DNA of 22,136 nucleotides from Candidatus Hodarchaeum mangrovi (GTDB lineage: Archaea; Asgardarchaeota; Heimdallarchaeia; Hodarchaeales; Hodarchaeaceae). The stretch lies in the NCBI GenBank assembly GCA_016839515.1, contig JAEOUE010000236.1, positions 1-22,136 on the forward strand. The letters run 5' to 3'. The translations under genes were made by a program, and so were the position numbers. Shown here piece after piece: positions 16,372 through 22,136 of the stretch. Every line of letters starts with the position of its first letter. Position 1 is the stretch's first letter. Below the pieces are notes generated by a model. The model worked only from the letters and a program-made list of their open reading frames with translations. It searched no databases and was not told the DNA's origin.

Positions 16372-17978
16372 CTAGCATTCATCCTTTTAAACCATTTTTT
16401 GTTTTGTTTATACAACATCTGAAATTCTTTAAACAGAGTATCATAGATTTGACGATTATTAAGATTTGGAAGAAACTCCTTATCATAATGACAATATTCT
16501 TTGAGGTTTTCAATTGAATCGACTTCTCCAATTGCTATTTTAGCTAACATGGCTGCACCTAAAGCTCCTGCTTCTTGTGGATTCTCTACTCGTTTAATCT
16601 TTCGATCTAGAACGTCAGCGTAAATTTGACACCATATATCACTTTTAGCTCCACCACCTATGATTGCTAAGTTATCGACTTTTGAATAAAGGTTTTCTAC
16701 CGTCTGTAAAGCCCATTTTGCATTTAAAGCTACACCCTCGAAAACTGCTCGCAAAAGATGTCGTCGATCATGATCTAATGAAAGATTTAGCAAACCACCA
16801 CGCACATGTTCATCATCTAAAGGGCATCTTTCTCCAAATAACCAAGGCATGAAAATCAGATATGTACCTCCTTTTCCTTTTGCTCCAGGTTCACAACCCA
16901 GAACTAAAGAATCAAAAATCTCATAAATTTCTTTTTTCTCTTTTTCTTTCAATGTTTCTTTTGAATAAAGGATATTATTTTTCACCCATTCTAACGCAGC
17001 ACCAGCGATTTCTTGATGCCCTGTAACAAGATAGTATTTATCTGGAAAAGCAGATCCAGCACATCCAGTATAATGTGTGATATCAACTTTTCTGTCTGAA
17101 ACATGTCCTGCTACCCATCCAGATGTTCCTATCTGGCAATGAAGCTCCCCATTGAGAATTGCACCTGATCCAATCGCTGCAGTTGTCATATCACCTGCTC
17201 CACAGATGACTGGAATATTTGAATGTAGATTCAGTTCCTTTGCTGCTTCTGATGTAAGATTTCCAATTATTTCAGTTGGTGTTCTTAGTTCAGGAAGTTT
17301 TTCCATATTAATTTTAAACATGTTACAAAGGGTTTTAGACCATTGATTAATTGGTCTGTTGTCTTTTTTTCGAGTATCCATCAACCACCAAATATGAGCG
17401 AGATCAGTTGATGTAGCCATTATTCCTGTTAGTTTAAAAATGATATAGTCCTTTACATCTAGAAATTTATAGGTCTGATCATATATTTCTGGATGATGTT
17501 TTTTTAACCAGATTATTTTAGGAATTTGATCCTTCCCTGAGAGCCCAGGTGCTCCTCCTGTTATCCGTAAGAATTTTAGAAACAGGCGATATGGGTTATA
17601 ACCCATAACCCGTGGCCATGGCCATATTTTCTTTAAAACCTCTGATCCTCTTGCATCAAGCCAAATCATGCAGTTCATAAGAGGTAAACCATTTTTATCT
17701 ACTGGTAAGAGTCCCTGCATTTGTGAACTAAACGTGATTGCAGAAAATTCACTTGGATCTGTCTGAGTTTTTTCTAAAAGCCTTCGAGTCGTAGAAATAA
17801 GGGTATTCCACCAATCATTTGGTTGATGTTCTGCATATCCTTGCTTAGGAAATAAGGTTGTATATTGTTCTACTTCAGAATCAATAAATTTGATCTCATT
17901 CGAGATTATTACTGCTTTAGTAGCAGTAGTTCCCAAATCATAAGCTAAGAATTTCTTTCCTGACATTTCAATTTTCAC
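16368..17978 (-). CDS. FGGY-family carbohydrate kinase (xylulokinase-like)
   Basis: AYDLGTTATKA, SSQMQG, WLDAR, GAGD, IGTSGW, PWLFGERCP, RAVFEGVA, GGGAKSDIWCQIYADV. The start may be the ATG at 17966. Its 3' end overlaps the sufB 3' end by 4 bp. Confidence 0.92.
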   Translation of the reverse strand: MKIEMSGKKFLAYDLGTTATKAVIISNEIKFIDSEVEQYTTLFPKQGYAEHQPNDWWNTLISTTRRLLEKTQTDPSEFSAITFSSQMQGLLPVDKNGLPLMNCMIWLDARGSEVLKKIWPWPRVMGYNPYRLFLKFLRITGGAPGLSGKDQIPKIIWLKKHHPEIYDQTYKFLDVKDYIIFKLTGIMATSTDLAHIWWLMDTRKKDNRPINQWSKTLCNMFKINMEKLPELRTPTEIIGNLTSEAAKELNLHSNIPVICGAGDMTTAAIGSGAILNGELHCQIGTSGWVAGHVSDRKVDITHYTGCAGSAFPDKYYLVTGHQEIAGAALEWVKNNILYSKETLKEKEKKEIYEIFDSLVLGCEPGAKGKGGTYLIFMPWLFGERCPLDDEHVRGGLLNLSLDHDRRHLLRAVFEGVALNAKWALQTVENLYSKVDNLAIIGGGAKSDIWCQIYADVLDRKIKRVENPQEAGALGAAMLAKIAIGEVDSIENLKEYCHYDKEFLPNLNNRQIYDTLFKEFQMLYKQNKKWFKRMNAS

Positions 17979-17981
17979 ATC

Positions 17982-19358
17982 TCATAAATAATCAATGGCT
18001 TCCTCAAGGGCTGATTCAAACACTTCAATGATCAAATCAGAGTCTTCACGAGTAATGATAAGAGGTGGTTTGATTTTGACTACATTACGGAATAATTTTC
18101 CAGAATCAGTTGAAATGGGAGCCATATGTCCGAAAATGACCCCTTTTGTCATTGCTTCTTCAATAAGATCTGCAGCTAGAGTATTGGCTGGTTCTTTTGT
18201 TTCAGGATCTAAAACCAATTCAATACCGATCATAAGTCCTGGACAACGAACTTCTGCTATATAAGGATATTTTTGCTGGAGTTTCCTAATGTTTGAGGTA
18301 ATATATTCTCCTTCTCGACGGGTATTTTCTAATAATTTGGCCTTTTCCACATAATTCATGAACACTAATCCTGAAACAAACATTAAAGGATTTGCTCCAA
18401 ATGTGGAATGTTCTTCTGCAGAATTAAATCCTATTAGATCCTCACGAGCCAAAGTACAACCTATGGGAAGGGATCCTCCAATAGCTTTGGTTAGGCACGT
18501 TATATCAGGTGTTACTCCATTATAATATTCTGATGAGAACCAGTGACCAATACGAGTAAACAATTGACTTTCATCCCAAATCAAAAATATATTATTTTTC
18601 TCTGTCCATTTTCTAAGCTCTTTTAAATAGCGTTTGGGAGCTGGAATATGTCCTCCGGGACCTTGTATGGGTTCCATGAGTATTCCACAGACTTTATCAA
18701 CAGATCCATATTCAATTTGATGTTTAGCTAGTTCTAAGCATTCTAAATGACATGATTTTTCACTTTCTTGTCCTACTGGGCATCTATAACAATAAGGAAA
18801 AGGAATTTTTGATACACGGTCAAACCCCCATGGACGAAATCGAGTTACTCCTGCAAATCGTGTTGACAACGTCATTGTTGCTAAAGTACTTCCATGATAT
18901 CCCCGAGTATAAGTATAGAATTGCTGGGAATCAGGTTTGTTTATCATTGCTAATCGTAATGCAGCTTCTATTGCTGCACTTCCCCCCATAGCATTAACAG
19001 CAATTTTTGTTAGGTTTTTAGGGGCAATTTCGGAAATCCGATGGATAAATTTTACGCGGGGGATTGTTGGAAAACCATAACGGACATGACTTAATCGTTC
19101 TAATTGTTGACTAACCCCATAAGCAACATCTGGATTTGAAAATCCAATATTAGCAGTCCATGCTTGGCTTGTACAATCTAAATATTCCTTTCCACTTTTA
19201 AAATCCTTTAAATATGCACCATCACCAGATACCCATAATTGGTCATAGAAAGGTACAAGTGATTTCTGGTGGACACTTTTAATGTCTTCTTCAGTAATTT
19301 CAGTAATCCAAGATAATATTTCTTCATCGCTAAAAAGACGAGTTTGCTTGTGACTCAT
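17982..19358 (-). CDS. Class III PLP-dependent aminotransferase family protein
   Basis: GDGAYLKD..GKEYLD, GGSAAIEAA, GYHGST, EPIQGPGG, WDESQ, TKAIGG (PLP lysine), STFGANP, GLMIGIEL, IKPPL. The start is probably the ATG at 19358 (MSHKQ); the ORF track extends to 19394. Confidence 0.9.
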   Translation of the reverse strand: MSHKQTRLFSDEEILSWITEITEEDIKSVHQKSLVPFYDQLWVSGDGAYLKDFKSGKEYLDCTSQAWTANIGFSNPDVAYGVSQQLERLSHVRYGFPTIPRVKFIHRISEIAPKNLTKIAVNAMGGSAAIEAALRLAMINKPDSQQFYTYTRGYHGSTLATMTLSTRFAGVTRFRPWGFDRVSKIPFPYCYRCPVGQESEKSCHLECLELAKHQIEYGSVDKVCGILMEPIQGPGGHIPAPKRYLKELRKWTEKNNIFLIWDESQLFTRIGHWFSSEYYNGVTPDITCLTKAIGGSLPIGCTLAREDLIGFNSAEEHSTFGANPLMFVSGLVFMNYVEKAKLLENTRREGEYITSNIRKLQQKYPYIAEVRCPGLMIGIELVLDPETKEPANTLAADLIEEAMTKGVIFGHMAPISTDSGKLFRNVVKIKPPLIITREDSDLIIEVFESALEEAIDYL

Positions 19359-19596
19359 TCTAATCATCCCTTGAATGATGTTTAAACATGGCATTTAGCA
19401 GAGTAAAACGGATTTAAGAATTTTCTGGTTAATAGATCATTAAATTTTGGAGACCACTTTGTAAATAAAGGTTTAAATTAAACAAAAAAAGGTTCTTGTA
19501 ATTAGTATGAACTCTAGATATTTTTATATTAAAAAAAAAGAATAAATTATGTAAAACTGAATGAAAAAAGTGAGTATTCAGGGATAAAAAGAGTAT

Positions 19597-19977
19597 TTAT
19601 TCTTCACGAATCCTTTCCTTCATAGTAAAGGGAATATCACCGTATTCTTCAGTTAATAACTTAGTAAATCGAATATTATATTTCTCAACTGGCAGTGGTT
19701 CATTTCTTTCAAAGATAAGAGTAGCCAAAGATTTTACAAAGAATTTCGCTGGATTATTTTCATTAATTTCACTATTTTTAATTTTTTTCCCATCTAAATC
19801 AATAATAAAATCTTTATACTTCTCCTTTTCAATAGTTTCTCCTGAAATTTCAACTTTGATTGGGTCAATAATGGTAGCATCGCTTATCGAATTTTTCATT
19901 TGCATACTAAAGCCATTTTTAGTATTGACCAATGATTTCTTAACAAAAAGGGTTCGTAATAAATCTTCATTAACCAT
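19597..19977 (-). CDS. Conserved hypothetical small beta-rich protein (L-F/Y-V-K-x-S-L-x-N...GF...KN type)
   Basis: LRTLFVKKSLVNTKNGFSMQMKN resembles an uncharacterised archaeal/Chloroflexi family, recalled from memory and not verified. Confidence 0.6.
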   Translation of the reverse strand: MVNEDLLRTLFVKKSLVNTKNGFSMQMKNSISDATIIDPIKVEISGETIEKEKYKDFIIDLDGKKIKNSEINENNPAKFFVKSLATLIFERNEPLPVEKYNIRFTKLLTEEYGDIPFTMKERIREE

Positions 19978-20119
19978 TTTTGATCAACTCATTTCTTTGT
20001 TGCATAATTTTCGAAATTAATTTCAAGAATTTTTATTCATAAGCTTTGTTCAGAATTTCCAGTGCATCTACTTATGTGAAGTTAACTTTACCCCGACCTA
20101 AATTTGAATCGATTTATAT

Positions 20120-21316
20120 TCAGAAATCAATTTCTTTGCCTTCATAGAGGTAATTAAATATTTTTACATAATCTTCGTAATCCACAGGTCTAGGATTAGA
20201 TAGTGTTCCTGAATCATTCAATGCAAAATCTATGACATCTTCAATCCTGTCATTAAAAGAGTTTTTATCTATTTTCATATCTTTTAAGGAGAGAGGTAGG
20301 TTAAGCTGAAGAAGTAGTTCCTTCATTGCTAGAATTAATTTATTAGTCAATTCTTGGTTTGAAGACCCTTCTAATCCAACCGCATGTGCTAGGTCAGCAA
20401 TACGCTCAACTGCAATATGACGATTATATACTAAAGAATACCAGGTTGTTGTCCCAATGCACTGTGAATGAGGGATTTTGAATCCTGCACCAATACTATG
20501 ACCAAGAGAATGACCAAGAATAATTTGTGAATTACCAAAACCCCAACCAGCCATTGTTGCTGCATTATGGAGTTTCTCACGGATAATATAATCAACTTCA
20601 CCTTCCTTCGCTTGTTCATAGGCTGTTGGAAGATTTCGCCATATGAGTTTAAACGCATGAAGTAATAATGCATCTGAAAAATCATTCTGCCAAGTACTTA
20701 GATATCCTTCAATGGCATGACTTAGTGCATCTAAACCAGTTCCAGCTATAAGGTGACTAGGCATAGTTTTGGTAAAAACAGGATCCAAAATAGTAACATC
20801 AGCAACAAGTTCCCGATTTCCAAAGGAACCTTTTCGATCTACCTCACCTGTATTATCGGTTAAAACTGTTGCCCATGTAACATCTGAACCAGTTCCAGAG
20901 GTAGTTGGGATATTGATTAAGATACAGTTTGTTTTTTTTCTTAAATCTAAAACAGCAAATGGATTAAGCCCCTCAATAGCATCCATACCATCTAAAGGAC
21001 TAGCCCAAACAGGCCACATGCCTTTGGCAGTATCTATCACACTACCTCCTCCTAAAGCAATGATTACATCAGGATTAGTCATAGAAAGTAGTTGAACACC
21101 TTTTTGTACCACATCAAGTGTTGGTTCTCCCTGAACCTCATCAAAAACTGTTATTTGTGCGTTTATCTGTTGAAGTTGTTTTTCGATTAAAGGTAGATGA
21201 GTTTTCTTCACAAATGGATCTGTTACAATAAATGCATGTTTAAAGGATTGCTCAGAAAGATATTCAATAGCATCCTCACCAAATATCACTTTACGAGGGG
21301 AGGTAAAGTCCCACAT
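20120..21316 (-). CDS. Iron-containing (group III) alcohol dehydrogenase
   Basis: EPT, ALGGGSVIDTAK, IPTTSGTGSD, LDP, GLDALSHAIEGY, HSLGH, IPH metal ligands. AGGAGG SD upstream. Confidence 0.93.
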   Translation of the reverse strand: MWDFTSPRKVIFGEDAIEYLSEQSFKHAFIVTDPFVKKTHLPLIEKQLQQINAQITVFDEVQGEPTLDVVQKGVQLLSMTNPDVIIALGGGSVIDTAKGMWPVWASPLDGMDAIEGLNPFAVLDLRKKTNCILINIPTTSGTGSDVTWATVLTDNTGEVDRKGSFGNRELVADVTILDPVFTKTMPSHLIAGTGLDALSHAIEGYLSTWQNDFSDALLLHAFKLIWRNLPTAYEQAKEGEVDYIIREKLHNAATMAGWGFGNSQIILGHSLGHSIGAGFKIPHSQCIGTTTWYSLVYNRHIAVERIADLAHAVGLEGSSNQELTNKLILAMKELLLQLNLPLSLKDMKIDKNSFNDRIEDVIDFALNDSGTLSNPRPVDYEDYVKIFNYLYEGKEIDF

Positions 21317-21345
21317 ACGATATCCTCCTTACTTAAATCTATTAA

Positions 21346-21807
21346 TTAAAGATATTTAACATTTTCAACCATTGTAGTACATTTCACTAATTCCTGTGCA
21401 GCCTTCAAGGCTCTCATTAGCTTAGCCATAGCCCTAGCTGAGCATTTAACATCGAATTTTCGTTGCATGATACCTTTTAATGGGCCTATTTCACCTGCAA
21501 AAAGTTTCAACCAATTAGCGTATTTACCTGCATATATATACTCCACTTTATCAGGAGCAGGTCTATCTATGGTAATTAAATATGCATTCCTACATTTTCC
21601 ATGCCACAAATCCATATACATTTGAGTTCTTCCCTTTAATTCACCTGTACCATCGGGAATAACTTCAAATATAAAATCCCCTTCCCAATCTTTGGCAGCT
21701 GCTTCATATGCTTCACTTTCATTAATTTTTACCATCAATTCGGAAACATATTTTTCAGAGGGAAAAAGTATCACATCCTTATCATTATTCATTATTTTAT
21801 TCTCCAT
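21346..21807 (-). CDS. SCP2 sterol/lipid-binding domain protein
   Basis: FPSEKY..INESEAYEAAAKDWEGDF, MDLWHGKCR, W..L..GEIGPLKGIMQRKF match archaeal/bacterial stand-alone SCP2 proteins. Confidence 0.85.
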   Translation of the reverse strand: MENKIMNNDKDVILFPSEKYVSELMVKINESEAYEAAAKDWEGDFIFEVIPDGTGELKGRTQMYMDLWHGKCRNAYLITIDRPAPDKVEYIYAGKYANWLKLFAGEIGPLKGIMQRKFDVKCSARAMAKLMRALKAAQELVKCTTMVENVKYL

Positions 21808-22136
21808 TATGTTATTAAAATGCCAATTATACTTCTTAGATTTTTTATTTTTTTGACTTAAGATTTTTCATAAGAGAAATCGCTGAAGAAAATATATATT
21901 TCCTTTTCTTTTAAATTATTACTTCCTAAATATTTGCAGAATCATGTTCAATTATTACGGTTAAGAGATTATTTGTGTTAAAATTAAAAAATAACATACC
22001 AAAGAAGTGTTTTTATTAAATGTCTAACTATTTAAGGATATTCTGATTGATTGAAAAGAAACATAGCTAATGTTTAATTACGGTTGAAAAAATCATGTTC
22101 GGATATATGTGAAAAATTTTACGAGTTAATTTGACA

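Noticed and set aside
20009-20088. Palindromes GAAATTAATTTC (20013-20024) and AAGTTAACTT (20079-20088)
   Set aside because: Short and almost entirely A/T, so expected by chance at this composition.

Overview
AT-rich archaeal chromosomal segment with about 20 protein-coding genes. I found no recognisable RNA genes, CRISPR arrays or IS elements. The gene set points to an Asgard archaeon, most likely Heimdallarchaeia (Hodarchaeales-like): an Arf-like GTPase fused to a longin-like domain, a stand-alone tandem longin/roadblock-like protein, dph2, xerA, a single-OB SSB and an SmsCB (SufC/SufB-like) pair. This taxonomy is inferred, not verified. Other genes: two orphan DNA methyltransferases, a split LKR + SDH (AASS-like) saccharopine pathway pair, and a catabolic run of SCP2, Fe-ADH, a hypothetical, a class III aminotransferase and an FGGY kinase. 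The most striking item is a 256-aa protein (412..1182, minus strand). It has two PARP1-type zinc fingers plus a C-terminal MCM/RPA2-type winged helix and no catalytic domain, making it a candidate archaeal DNA-break sensor/adaptor. All family calls come from motif recognition by eye; no database search was run.
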